A DNA stretch of 47,096 bases from Elusimicrobiota bacterium. Its GTDB lineage: Bacteria; Elusimicrobiota; Elusimicrobia; JACQPE01. Numbering within the stretch: position 1 is the first letter of the stretch; every line of letters starts with the position of its first letter. The notes under the pieces are model-generated. The model searched no databases, was not told the DNA's origin, and saw only the letters and a list, made by a program, of their open reading frames with translations. Both the position numbers and the translations under genes were made by a program. Below, piece by piece: positions 8,601 through 18,569 of the stretch. The stretch lies in NCBI GenBank assembly GCA_016207685.1, contig JACQPE010000083.1, positions 1-47,096 of the forward strand, given 5' to 3'.

Positions 8601-9695
8601 ATGCGATGCCAGTCTTGTAGGCTATTGAGGAAAGAAGGGCTCGCTTTTTCATTGGCGGCCTTTTTAAGCCTGGCGCCGGGAGGCCGCCAGGCGGTCCAGG
8701 CAATGACTCTACCCTTAATGCTCGCCGGCTGCAACCAGGGGCCGGGCTACGATGAATGCACGAAGTCCACAAGCTACGATAAAAGCCTTGTTGTGACTAA
8801 TGCGCAATTTGAGGACATTGCCTCGGCGTGCAATTTGTATTTGGTCACCTGGGATGCTTTTCACCATCCCATCATCAGCCAGGAGTGCGCGGATGAGATC
8901 AAAAGCGTTCTGCCCATTGATCCCGAATGGGAAGATAACGACGATGAAACAGCCCAAGGAGTCTTAAATACGGTCATACGCGGATTCCATTATCTGCTTT
9001 TTTTCCCCTTGGCGGATGATCAAACGATGATGGGAATTGAGGATTACTACTGCGATTCCATTTACCAGGGCTTCCTTCACGCCCAAAAAAAATCCGCCGT
9101 ATTGACGGCCCGCGTTTTAAGCCGTTCAGGATATCAAAACAGCTTATCCCAAATGAATACGGGGCTATTTCGATTCATCGTTGAGCGGCTTGATTTCCTG
9201 GTTTATGACCCCGTAAAAGTTCACAAAAAAGAAGCGCTGGCTTATGAATCGGGAGGAGATATGATTTTTGGGTCGGATATTGAAAAGTTTTCTCCCATTG
9301 ACACTGCGGTTATCATTATCCATGAATCAAGGCATAACAACAGGGGTTTTTCCGACCTCGCCGATCATGTCCCTTGCTATAACTCGGACAATGTCGACGC
9401 CGAAGATGGGGAACAGGCTTGCGATGATTCTTTCTTTGGAGCCTTTGGAGCGGGGCTCTCCTATCTGGATGCTCTGGCCAAAGGTTCGTCCTACCTGACC
9501 CTTGATAACGGCACTTCGATCTTAAGCGATACCTATCAAATAAGCTACCTTATTCAAGGCGCCTGCGAGATCGTCAACGGCGGCATTAATGAACCCGGGC
9601 CGGAGTTATCCGATATCTTCGGCGATTATGATTGTTTTCATAATACAAACACCGCCACTGACGAAGAAATCTTCGACCGCCTCTATGGGCGCTGA
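8601..9695 (+). CDS. Putative lipoprotein with HExxH zinc-metallopeptidase motif
   Basis: Lipobox-like LMLAGC; IIHESRH; acidic and Cys-containing. Start uncertain (8601 or 8703). Confidence 0.65.
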   Translation: MRCQSCRLLRKEGLAFSLAAFLSLAPGGRQAVQAMTLPLMLAGCNQGPGYDECTKSTSYDKSLVVTNAQFEDIASACNLYLVTWDAFHHPIISQECADEIKSVLPIDPEWEDNDDETAQGVLNTVIRGFHYLLFFPLADDQTMMGIEDYYCDSIYQGFLHAQKKSAVLTARVLSRSGYQNSLSQMNTGLFRFIVERLDFLVYDPVKVHKKEALAYESGGDMIFGSDIEKFSPIDTAVIIIHESRHNNRGFSDLADHVPCYNSDNVDAEDGEQACDDSFFGAFGAGLSYLDALAKGSSYLTLDNGTSILSDTYQISYLIQGACEIVNGGINEPGPELSDIFGDYDCFHNTNTATDEEIFDRLYGR

Positions 9696-9706
9696 TAAAA
9701 ATATCG

Positions 9707-11362
9707 CTAGCCGAATTTGTATTCGACGCCTTTGTTGCCGCGGGGGTGCTCCCATTGGGTGGCGCCCACGACGGCGCAAGTGCCGCATTCAACGCAGGGC
9801 TGGGTATCTAAGACAACTTTCTGCACTTTACGGCCGTTTACTTCCTGTTCCACCAGGCTGTAGCAGCCCCTTGACGAATCGCGCGCGCTCACAGGACACG
9901 CCGTCACGCAAGCGCCGCTTGCCTGTGGAGTGTCATCTAAAACTTCGATATGGGGCTTGCCGATGTCCGTGTCATAACTCAACCGGGCAATGCGCTCATC
10001 AATAGGGAGCGTTGTGAAGCGTTTTGCGGTTTTGACTTCATCGCCATGGATTTCGGCTAATTTCGACGGCAAAGTATTATAGGCGAAGGCGGAATCCGGG
10101 GCCGATTCGCTTAAACGATAACTTTTTAACATGCCCTCGATTTGTCCCAAGACTAAGGGCGATTTGACCGCGGAAGAGAATAAAGAAGTCTTCGCCACTC
10201 CCTCGCCGATCGAGGTCAAGATTGAAAGAGCGCTTCTTAACAAACCATTGCCTTCAAGGGATTTACGAATGTAGCTGTCGCTTAATGCCTGCGCGTAACG
10301 GGCTCCGACTGACTCTAAATCGCCGCGTTTCTTGGCTTCAACATAAGACTTTGCCGCCAAAATACCGGCGGTGATGCCCAAATTCATACCCTTGATAATG
10401 GGCCCCGCCGCCAGCATTTGATTGGCCGCGTCGCCGATAACAAGCATTCGGTCTTTATAGGGCCGCTCAATAAAAGCCTTTTTACCATCAGGAATTAATT
10501 TGGCCGAATACTCGACTTCACGGGCGCGGTCCGCCAACATTTCAGCCAATACAGGATGCGCCAGCAAGCGGTCCAAATACCGGTGAGGTTCAAGGCCCTC
10601 GGACACCACGGAGTCCAAATGAAACACCGTGCCGATGCTTAAGGTGTCTTTATTGGTGTACAGAAACCCCCCGCCGCGCGCGTTGCCAAAAAGATTACCG
10701 GCATAAAGGTGGGCAACACCCTCATCGCCGCTCACGTTAAAGATGCGTTCGAGCTCCGATTGCGACATGGAAAGAACCGCCTTGACGCCCTGAAACCACG
10801 ATGAAGGCTCCATCCAATTTCGAATCTTAGATTGGCGCACCAGCTCGCTGGTGGCGCCGTCAGCCGCGATGACCACTTCGGCATGAATGGGCTCAAGCTC
10901 GGAGGTCTCCACCCCCGCAATGCGGCCGTTCTCCAGAACCAAGCCCGAAACGCGCACGCCGGAAATCAGGCCGCCGCCGGTTTTTTTAGCCGCAAGATGA
11001 ACCTTTTGGGAAAGCCACGCATCGAACTTTGTGCGCAGCACGCTCCAAGCGAATTTGGTGTTGTATTCATGAAGTTCGGTCAAGTCCACGCGCCGAACTT
11101 TGTTGCCGGAGATGGCATGCATGAAATACTTTCGAATCCGCCGCTCCAAGGGCGCCTCTTTTTCAAATTCAGGAAGAACATAGTCCAGGTTATAGGGCGT
11201 GTCGTTCTGGCCGTAGAGAATGCCACCGGTTACATTTTTGCCTCCGGGAACCCGGGCGCGGTCTAAAACAAGAACTTGAACGCCGTTTTTGGCGAGCTCC
11301 AAGGCTGCCGCGGCTCCGGCCGGACCGCAGCCGACAACAACTGCCTCAAACTTTTCCGCCAC
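9707..11362 (-). CDS. fixC: FixC-like FAD oxidoreductase (ETF:quinone oxidoreductase) fused to a FixX ferredoxin
   Basis: VVVGCGPAGAAAA, GKNVTGG and IGDAA motifs; C-terminal CVTACP...CY...CVECGTC...WEHPRGNKGVEYKFG. Confidence 0.9.
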   Translation of the reverse strand: MAEKFEAVVVGCGPAGAAAALELAKNGVQVLVLDRARVPGGKNVTGGILYGQNDTPYNLDYVLPEFEKEAPLERRIRKYFMHAISGNKVRRVDLTELHEYNTKFAWSVLRTKFDAWLSQKVHLAAKKTGGGLISGVRVSGLVLENGRIAGVETSELEPIHAEVVIAADGATSELVRQSKIRNWMEPSSWFQGVKAVLSMSQSELERIFNVSGDEGVAHLYAGNLFGNARGGGFLYTNKDTLSIGTVFHLDSVVSEGLEPHRYLDRLLAHPVLAEMLADRAREVEYSAKLIPDGKKAFIERPYKDRMLVIGDAANQMLAAGPIIKGMNLGITAGILAAKSYVEAKKRGDLESVGARYAQALSDSYIRKSLEGNGLLRSALSILTSIGEGVAKTSLFSSAVKSPLVLGQIEGMLKSYRLSESAPDSAFAYNTLPSKLAEIHGDEVKTAKRFTTLPIDERIARLSYDTDIGKPHIEVLDDTPQASGACVTACPVSARDSSRGCYSLVEQEVNGRKVQKVVLDTQPCVECGTCAVVGATQWEHPRGNKGVEYKFG

Positions 11363-12503
11363 TTAGAACCACCTCCAGCTTTTTTCCCGTTTTAATTTGC
11401 TCAATCATTTGAGGCAGCACCTCAAAGAGATCGCCTTGAATGAAAACATCCGCAAAGTCATGGATCGGAACCATCGGGTCCGTGTTGATCGCGACAATAA
11501 ACTCCGACTGATCCATGCCCTTTTTGTGTTGGATGGCGCCGGAAATGCCGACGGCAATATAAAGTTTGGGTTTAACCGTCTGTCCTGTTTCGCCGATTTG
11601 CCGCGCTTCGGTCACATATTGGGCAAACGCGGGTTCAACGGTGTATTTCGCCGTGCACACGCCTCGGGAAAGACCCATCTCGCCGCCCAATAAACGAGCG
11701 AGTTCAATGCATAGCCGCAAGCCTTCGGTGGGATTCTTTCCGATGCCTCGTCCGGCGGAAACAATGACGTCATGGCCGGTTAAATCCATAAGATTGGGAA
11801 TTTTTTCATGGCCCGTCACGGTCACCAATAAATCCTGCTGCGCCAAATCGAATTGATAGCGGACAATTTCCCCTTTGGAATTTTCCTGAAACGGCAATGG
11901 TTTAAATGAACCCGGAATAACGCTGCACGCCTGGGGGGAGTATTCCATTTTGGGACTATCAAGGCACAGGATGGTGCTCCACTCATAGCCGGAGAAATCC
12001 GGCCGTTTCATGTGCAAAATGCGGTAAAACACCCTCGGTGTTCCATCTGTTTTGGCCCGATGGGAAATCGTTGTTTCCTTAATATAAAGTTTGTTGCAAT
12101 CAGAAGCCAAACCGCTCTCCAGCTCCGCTAAAACGGTTGAAGAAAGGTCGCGTCCGTTGTTGGTCGCCGGAAATAAAAAATAACGCGGCTTATCATAATT
12201 TTTATGGGCGTCTTTTTGGCGGCTCATATTGGCGATGATTTTGGTGTAAGGCTGCATGCGGATATCTTTGAGCTCCGAATGGTCGGCCGCGTAGACTCTA
12301 TCAGCGCCGCGTCCAAGCGCCTCTTTGACAAGATGTTCAATGTTGTGCCCAAGAACAACGGCAACCACGGATTCCTGCTCATTGTAATCGACGTTGTATT
12401 TGTCCATTAAACGGCGCGCCTCGCCCAGCATCTCTAAACTTACATTTTCAAAACGTCCGTTGCGCTGCTCACAAAAAACCCAGATGTCGCGATACTCCGC
12501 CAT
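11346..12503 (-). CDS. fixB: Electron transfer flavoprotein alpha subunit (FixB type)
   Basis: IWVFCEQ, GRDL...GLASDC, VSAGRG, QIGETGQTVKPKLYIAVGISGAIQH. Confidence 0.92.
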   Translation of the reverse strand: MAEYRDIWVFCEQRNGRFENVSLEMLGEARRLMDKYNVDYNEQESVVAVVLGHNIEHLVKEALGRGADRVYAADHSELKDIRMQPYTKIIANMSRQKDAHKNYDKPRYFLFPATNNGRDLSSTVLAELESGLASDCNKLYIKETTISHRAKTDGTPRVFYRILHMKRPDFSGYEWSTILCLDSPKMEYSPQACSVIPGSFKPLPFQENSKGEIVRYQFDLAQQDLLVTVTGHEKIPNLMDLTGHDVIVSAGRGIGKNPTEGLRLCIELARLLGGEMGLSRGVCTAKYTVEPAFAQYVTEARQIGETGQTVKPKLYIAVGISGAIQHKKGMDQSEFIVAINTDPMVPIHDFADVFIQGDLFEVLPQMIEQIKTGKKLEVVLSGGKV

Positions 12504-12506
12504 AAT

Positions 12507-13352
12507 TTACGCCCTTCTCTCCAAAATAAGTTCAACTACCCCTTGCAATTGATCACGATCGCGCCCATTGATCACGCGCGCCTTTCGCTCGGATGGCGCC
12601 CTCGGAATAGGGTCCACTGCCTCAACGATGGTCGGCGAACCCTTGATGCCCACTTTCCACTCATCGGCGCCAAGCGCAGCCGCGTCCCAGATCGTTAAAA
12701 ATTCTTCAAACTGATAAGCGCGTTTCTTCGTTTCTTCGCGGTAATCTTGAAGCTTTAAGCGCTGTGTTGCCGTGCGGTATTCACTTTTAAATGCAGGGTC
12801 CGTCACCAGGAACGCCGGCAAAGGCCCGCGAACAAACTCAAGCTCATCTTTTATGGACCGCGTCACCTCAAAAATTCCGGCTTCGGGGTTAAGGTTATAA
12901 CGGATCACATGAGTGGCCAACGAATAACCCAATTTCCAGGCCGCCTGCGGCCCGGTTTGGCCGGTTTCGCCATCCGCGGTTTTAAAACCCGCAAAAATAA
13001 TATCCGCGCCGCCCAACTTTTGAACAGCCAAACGAATGGCTTCGGCTGTGGCCAAAGTGTCGGCCGCGGCAAATTTGGCATCAGAGAGAAGATAAAGATG
13101 GTCGGCATAACGCTGCATGCCCTCTTGAACCACTTTTTTATACGGCGGCGGCCCCATACAAATAATATTGACCGTTCCTCCATATTTCACTTTAGCCTCA
13201 AGAGCGGCTTCAAGGGCCAGATAATCATTGGGATTCATCACCGTCGGCGTGGCCGCGCGATTGAGCGTATTGTCCTCTTTGAAAACAACCTTGCCTTCCC
13301 GGAAATCCGGAACGCCTTTTGTCAAAACAACATAATTGAGCTCTTGGGCCAT
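12507..13352 (-). CDS. fixA: Electron transfer flavoprotein beta subunit (FixA type)
   Basis: KGVPD, MNPND, MGPP, ADTLAT, DGETGQTGP, GSPT. Confidence 0.92.
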   Translation of the reverse strand: MAQELNYVVLTKGVPDFREGKVVFKEDNTLNRAATPTVMNPNDYLALEAALEAKVKYGGTVNIICMGPPPYKKVVQEGMQRYADHLYLLSDAKFAAADTLATAEAIRLAVQKLGGADIIFAGFKTADGETGQTGPQAAWKLGYSLATHVIRYNLNPEAGIFEVTRSIKDELEFVRGPLPAFLVTDPAFKSEYRTATQRLKLQDYREETKKRAYQFEEFLTIWDAAALGADEWKVGIKGSPTIVEAVDPIPRAPSERKARVINGRDRDQLQGVVELILERRA

Positions 13353-13357
13353 AAATT

Positions 13358-14386
13358 TTATGATTGATGCTTCTGTAACTCTTTGACAGCCGCAGGAATA
13401 AATTCATAAAGGTCCGCCTCTATGGAAAAAGAGGCGAGCTTCATCATGGGGCATTCCGGGTCTTTATTAATCGCCACAATGACTTCCGACTGGCCCATGC
13501 CCGCCAAATGCTGCACTTGCCCCGATACGCCGCAAGCCACATAAAGCTTAGGCCGAACCGTGCGGCCCGTGATGCCGACTTGATGCTTATAAGGAATCCA
13601 TCCCGAATCAACAGCCGCGCGGGAAGCGCCCACCGCGGCGCTCAAGGCTTTGGCCAGAGACCGAACCGTCTCAAAACCCTCGGCCTTGCCCAATCCCCGG
13701 CCGCCCGAAACGATTTTATCCGCGGAGCCGATATCAATTTCGTTGCTTGATTCAGCCTGAAACGCGATAAATTTCGTTCTTAAATTCCACGTTGCAGGGT
13801 CAACCGTGATATTTCTGACCACCCCGGTCCGGGTGGAATCTTTGGGCGATCGAGGAAAAACCATGGGCCGAATCGTGTAAATTTCCGGCCGGCTCCTGGT
13901 ATTGACCAACGTGGCCAAAATGTTTCCGCCGTAACTGGGCCGAGTGGCCAACAGCGTTCCCTTCTCAAAACCATTAGAGCCGCTGGCTGCGGAGAGATCC
14001 GTCAAATCAGCGGCGGCCCCAGTCTTGAGCATGACTGCGGCTCTGCCGGCCAGAGACCGTCCTATCGTGGACGCCGGCAAAAAAAGCGCTCTGGGTTTTT
14101 CTTGATTGACTAAATCAGTCAATGCCTTGGCATAAGCCTCATCCACAAATTGCTCCAAAGAGGAATGATCAATAAGATAAACTTGATCCGCGCCGGCTTC
14201 AATCACTTCCTTCGTCCATGGACCCAGGCCGCTACCGATGAGAACAACGGAAAGCTTCTGTCCCAGAGCCGCGGCGATTTGACCGCCGGCTGTCAGGATC
14301 TCAAAAATTGTCGGCGCCAGCTTGCCGTGGCGCACCTCGCCGACGCACCAAATTCCGGAATAGGCGCTTAAGTCCTGATTGCTCAT
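13358..14386 (-). CDS. etfA: Electron transfer flavoprotein alpha subunit
   Basis: IVSGGRG, VGASRAAVDSGW, QVGITGRTVRPKLYVACGVSGQVQH. Confidence 0.95.
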   Translation of the reverse strand: MSNQDLSAYSGIWCVGEVRHGKLAPTIFEILTAGGQIAAALGQKLSVVLIGSGLGPWTKEVIEAGADQVYLIDHSSLEQFVDEAYAKALTDLVNQEKPRALFLPASTIGRSLAGRAAVMLKTGAAADLTDLSAASGSNGFEKGTLLATRPSYGGNILATLVNTRSRPEIYTIRPMVFPRSPKDSTRTGVVRNITVDPATWNLRTKFIAFQAESSNEIDIGSADKIVSGGRGLGKAEGFETVRSLAKALSAAVGASRAAVDSGWIPYKHQVGITGRTVRPKLYVACGVSGQVQHLAGMGQSEVIVAINKDPECPMMKLASFSIEADLYEFIPAAVKELQKHQS

Positions 14387-15195
14387 AGAAGTTTTAACTC
14401 CCTTAACTTATCCACGAAAATTTTAGCCTTTTCCTCAATGGTGGCTCCCCCGATTTTAAGGCCGCCTGCTCTCTTGGGCGGAGATTGCCGCTTGGCAATT
14501 TCCACCAAGCTCCCCTTGAGGCCAATGAGCGCCGGATCGGCTTTGATATCAGAGGCGCCCCATCGGGGAATCACGGCTTTTTTAGCCGCCATCTTTCCCT
14601 TCAAGGACGGCAAGCGCGGCTCATTGATTTCTTTAACCACTGAAATAAGCGCCGGTCGTTGAATCTCCAAAATATCCGTTCCATCTTCCATCATTCGGTG
14701 AACCCGCAATAATGTATCGGTGACTTGTTCAACTTTTTTAACATAAGCCGTATTGGGCCAATCAAGCCACGCAGCCAGGCCCGGACCCACCTGGCCGGTA
14801 TCGCCGTCATTGGTTTGCTTGGCGCAGATCACAAGATCAATTTTAATTTTTCGCTCTTCTTCAATTTTTCTGATTCCTTGAGAAAGAATATAGCTTGTCG
14901 CAAAAGTGTCCGAGCCGTCAAAAGCTTCGTCGCAGAGATGATAAACGCCATCTACCCCGCGCGCGATGGCCTCGCGCAGAATCTCCTCCGCTCGAACCGC
15001 ACCCATGGTCAGCGCCAAAGTCGCGCCCCCTGGAAAACGCTCCTTTAGCCGCAGCCCCTCTTCCAGGGCGTATTCATCAAAAGGACTGATGGCGTAACTA
15101 ATGCCCTCTTTGCTGATGTCTCCTGTTTGAGGATCAATTGAAACGCTTCCCGTGGCCGGCGTTTGTTTAATGCAAACAACGATATTTAACGGCAT
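14383..15195 (-). CDS. etfB: Electron transfer flavoprotein beta subunit
   Basis: IVVCIKQ, PFDEYALEE, GSDTFATS, KQTNDGDTGQVGP, INEPRLPS. Start placed at ATG 15195. Confidence 0.95.
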   Translation of the reverse strand: MPLNIVVCIKQTPATGSVSIDPQTGDISKEGISYAISPFDEYALEEGLRLKERFPGGATLALTMGAVRAEEILREAIARGVDGVYHLCDEAFDGSDTFATSYILSQGIRKIEEERKIKIDLVICAKQTNDGDTGQVGPGLAAWLDWPNTAYVKKVEQVTDTLLRVHRMMEDGTDILEIQRPALISVVKEINEPRLPSLKGKMAAKKAVIPRWGASDIKADPALIGLKGSLVEIAKRQSPPKRAGGLKIGGATIEEKAKIFVDKLRELKLL

Positions 15196-15196
15196 A

Positions 15197-16459
15197 TTAG
15201 ACCTTGAGCAACTCCTTTTGAACCATCTGCGAAGCATATTCCTTAATCATCATCATGGCAATCTCGTTTCGTTGAACCTGATTGGTGCCTTCGTAGATTT
15301 GGGTAATCTTGGCATCGCGCATGTATTTTTCAACGGGAAAATCGCGCATATAGCCGATGCCCCCGCACATTTGCACGCAATCGGTCGTCACTTGCATGGC
15401 CACGTCCGAACAGAAAGCCTTGACCATCGCGGAGTATTTGGTGACGCGCCCGGGATTTAAAGCGCGCATTTCCTCATAAACCAGCTTTCCCGATTCCTTG
15501 GCCCTGGCGTAGGCTTCTTTTTGAATTTTGTCCATTGTGCGATTGACGGAATAAAGAAGAGCCCGGCCCGCCTCAATTTTCATGGCGCAATCAGCCATCA
15601 TGTGCTGAATCGCCTGAAATGAAATAACGGTTTGGCCGAATTGCTTACGATTACGAATATACTTAATAGTCTCATCAAGGGCTCCCTGGGCAATGCCCAG
15701 TGCCTGGGAGCCGACGCCCGGCCTTGAAAAATCAAAGGTGGCCTGCGCCACAAAAAGACCGTAGCCTTCGGATCCCAACCGGTTGCTCGCGGGAATTTTA
15801 CAATTCTCAAAAATAAGCTCGTACGTCGAACTCGCCCGAATCCCCATTTTTGTTTCCTTCTTGCCGAAGGTAAATCCCGGAGTTCCCTTCTCTACCACAA
15901 AAGCCGTGATTCCCCTCGGACCGCGCACGGGATTAACCGTCGCAAAAACAATATAAATTTCAGCGGCTTCGCCGTTGGTGCAAAAATTCTTCAACCCATT
16001 TAACACATAGTAGTCGCCCTCGCGCCGGGCCGTGGATTTTGTGGCCGTGGCATCGGATCCGGCATCGGGTTCGGTTATATTAAAAGCACCCAGGCGCTTG
16101 CCCGAGCCCAAATCAGGCAGCCAGCGTTGACGCTGCGCTTCATTGCCAAAAAGCAATATCGGAATGGCGCAAAGGCCGCACGCCGTCACCGCCAATGAAA
16201 TGCCCCCGCACGCCTTGGAGAGCTCCTCCGAAACCAAGCACATCTCCGTGTTGGCGCCGCCGAAACCACCATACTCAACCGGCAAATAGACCCCAAAAAG
16301 ATCGGCTTTCCGGATATCCTCAATCACCTCCCAAGGAAATTCTTCCGTTTCATCATAATGAGCCCGCACCGGCTTGATCTTTTTTTCAGCGATCTCGCGA
16401 GCCAGCTTGATGATCTCTTTTTGATCATCCGTGAATCCGTAGTCAAACGTCATTAACAT
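15197..16459 (-). CDS. Acyl-CoA dehydrogenase (short-chain/butyryl-CoA type)
   Basis: TEPDAGSD, KETKMGIRAS, RKQFG, GGIGYMRDFPVEKYMRDAKITQIYEGTNQVQR. Confidence 0.95.
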   Translation of the reverse strand: MLMTFDYGFTDDQKEIIKLAREIAEKKIKPVRAHYDETEEFPWEVIEDIRKADLFGVYLPVEYGGFGGANTEMCLVSEELSKACGGISLAVTACGLCAIPILLFGNEAQRQRWLPDLGSGKRLGAFNITEPDAGSDATATKSTARREGDYYVLNGLKNFCTNGEAAEIYIVFATVNPVRGPRGITAFVVEKGTPGFTFGKKETKMGIRASSTYELIFENCKIPASNRLGSEGYGLFVAQATFDFSRPGVGSQALGIAQGALDETIKYIRNRKQFGQTVISFQAIQHMMADCAMKIEAGRALLYSVNRTMDKIQKEAYARAKESGKLVYEEMRALNPGRVTKYSAMVKAFCSDVAMQVTTDCVQMCGGIGYMRDFPVEKYMRDAKITQIYEGTNQVQRNEIAMMMIKEYASQMVQKELLKV

Positions 16460-16575
16460 AAAAACTCCTTATCAATAAAAAAAGTGACGCGCAAAGCGTG
16501 AAGAGCGGGACGTTTTTTCGGACCGCCAAATTAAGGATCTTCGCTCTCCACGCTGCACGCTTCACTGTATTATAT

Positions 16576-17319
16576 TCACTTGACGAGAATTTTGACATTG
16601 CGCAAGGCCTCTTTTGCGGCAATCTGCTCAGCTTCTTTCTTATTTTTACCCACGCCGCGGCCCAGCATCTTTCCCTCGAAACATGCCTCAACCTCAAACA
16701 TTTTGGCATGCTCCGGACCCCAACTTTGGCGCAGACGGTATTCCGGAATTTTCTTATAGGTCTTCTGGATGACTTCCTGAAGACGGCTTTTGTAATCACG
16801 AATCACCAAGCGTTTTTTCTTGGAAACCCAGCGATTGATAATCAAATCCCGGCAAATCTCAAGGCCGCCATCCAGGTAAAGCGACCCGATCACCGCCTCG
16901 GCGCAATCGGCTAAGATATTCTCCCGCTCCCGAGCCATCAAGGTTTTTTTCTGGACATCTTCTTTGGAGCCCACCATGATGCAGCGCTCCAAATCCAAGT
17001 ACTGCGCCAGTTCCAGAAGGCTTTTTTTGGCCACGAGCATGGATTTAAGTTTCGAGAGCTTTCCCTCGTCGGCTTCGGCAAATTTACCGTAAAGATACTC
17101 GGCAATAAGCAAGTTGAATACGCTGTCGCCCAAAAATTCCAATCGCTCATTAGAGCCGCGCAACGCATTATCCGAACTATATGAGCTATGCGTTAAAGCC
17201 AGTTCGAGCAATTTTTGATTCTTGAATTGATAAGAAAGCGACTCCTCAAGCGAGCTTAGGGAATTTTTCCCCGGCATCAGTTCAGGTTTTTGCGTCAATA
17301 AAGAGAAAGATGAAGCCAT
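16576..17319 (-). CDS. rnc: Ribonuclease III
   Basis: ALTHSS, NERLEFLGDSV signature, DYKSRLQE dsRBD. Start at ATG 17319 (or 17277). Confidence 0.97.
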   Translation of the reverse strand: MASSFSLLTQKPELMPGKNSLSSLEESLSYQFKNQKLLELALTHSSYSSDNALRGSNERLEFLGDSVFNLLIAEYLYGKFAEADEGKLSKLKSMLVAKKSLLELAQYLDLERCIMVGSKEDVQKKTLMARERENILADCAEAVIGSLYLDGGLEICRDLIINRWVSKKKRLVIRDYKSRLQEVIQKTYKKIPEYRLRQSWGPEHAKMFEVEACFEGKMLGRGVGKNKKEAEQIAAKEALRNVKILVK

Positions 17320-17386
17320 AACGTCAGCCTTCCCCCCGTAACGGGGGAGAATCATCAGTCGCAAAGCCTCGAAGGGAACTTGACGC

Positions 17387-17635
17387 TTATTTTTTTCCGT
17401 GGGTCCTAATATATTCGACCGCTTGACCGACGGTTTGAATTTTTTCCGCGTCCTCATCAGGAATTTCGGCATTGAATTCTTCTTCAAGAGCCATGACGAG
17501 TTCCACGGTGTCCAAAGAATCTGCGCCCAAGTCATTGACAAAATGGGCTCCTATTGTCACCTCGGCCGCATCAACACCTAGCTGCTCGACGATAATTTTC
17601 TTTACGCGCGCCTCAACATCATTTGACTCTGCCAT
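17387..17635 (-). CDS. acpP: Acyl carrier protein
   Basis: [20 protein letters not shown]; GGAGG RBS. Confidence 0.98.
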   Translation of the reverse strand: MAESNDVEARVKKIIVEQLGVDAAEVTIGAHFVNDLGADSLDTVELVMALEEEFNAEIPDEDAEKIQTVGQAVEYIRTHGKK

Positions 17636-17750
17636 TTTAAGTTCCTCCGATTTATTTTTCTAATTAGCCCGCGCCAGCAGTTAGGCTTTTATTCCACGCT
17701 TAAGCGTTGGATACCCGCTTAACTGCCTCAAACAGGCAAAATCCAGTCAT

Positions 17751-18491
17751 TTAAGTATACAAACCCCCGTTGACACCGATTACTTGCCCCGTGACATAGC
17801 TGGAGTCATCGGATGATAAAAAAAGACACACCTTGGCAATTTCCTCCGGTTCGCCGAATCTCTTAAGGGCTATGCCTGAAAGATACTGTTTTTTGACATC
17901 TTCCGGCAAGACGTCCGTCAATCGTGTCCTGATAAACCCGGGGGCCACGGCATTGCACAAAATTTGGCGCGATGCCAATTCCCTGGCGAGCGACTTGGTC
18001 AAGGCCAAAACACCGCCTTTGCTGGCCGCGTAATTAACCTGGCCGGCGTTACCCATCTGGCCGACGACGCTTGAGATATTCACCATCCGTCCCGAACGCT
18101 GCCGGACCATGATCGGAGTGCAGGCCTTGGCCATGTTAAAAACGCCTTTTAAATTAACGTCAATAACCGCATCCCACTCGGCTTCTGTCATGCGCAGCAT
18201 CAGATTGTCTTTAGTGATGCCGGCATTATTAATGAGAATATCCAGTCGGCCAAAAAATTCCATCGCTTTTTTAACGACGCCGTCGCATTCGGCAAATTTC
18301 GTCACATTGCAAAGCGCCGTAGTCACGGATTTTCCAGATGGGTCAAGCTCCCGTGCCGTTGTCGCCAAAGCGGCGGCATCCATATCGGCAAGCATGAGCT
18401 TGGCGCCTTCTGTTAAAAACAGCCGGGCCGTCGCTTTTCCGATGCCCTGGGCGCCGCCTGTAATAATAGCAGCCTTATCCTGAAGTCTCAT
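17751..18491 (-). CDS. fabG: 3-oxoacyl-ACP reductase
   Basis: TGGAQGIG, NNAGITKD, GNAGQVNYAASK; adjacent to acpP. Confidence 0.95.
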   Translation of the reverse strand: MRLQDKAAIITGGAQGIGKATARLFLTEGAKLMLADMDAAALATTARELDPSGKSVTTALCNVTKFAECDGVVKKAMEFFGRLDILINNAGITKDNLMLRMTEAEWDAVIDVNLKGVFNMAKACTPIMVRQRSGRMVNISSVVGQMGNAGQVNYAASKGGVLALTKSLARELASRQILCNAVAPGFIRTRLTDVLPEDVKKQYLSGIALKRFGEPEEIAKVCLFLSSDDSSYVTGQVIGVNGGLYT

Positions 18492-18569
18492 TATATTCTA
18501 CTAGTCTAAAATTATAACCACCATAAAATCAAGCTCATCTTGGCCCGAACAAAAAATACCGTTAAGAAC

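Noticed and set aside
9707-13352. Nitrogen fixation implied by fix gene names
   Set aside because: No nif genes in the window; FixABCX-type modules are common in non-diazotrophs.
17320-17541. N-terminal extension of RNase III in the ORF track (321 aa)
   Set aside because: Overlaps acpP in another frame; an RBS-supported ATG at 17319 gives a normal length.
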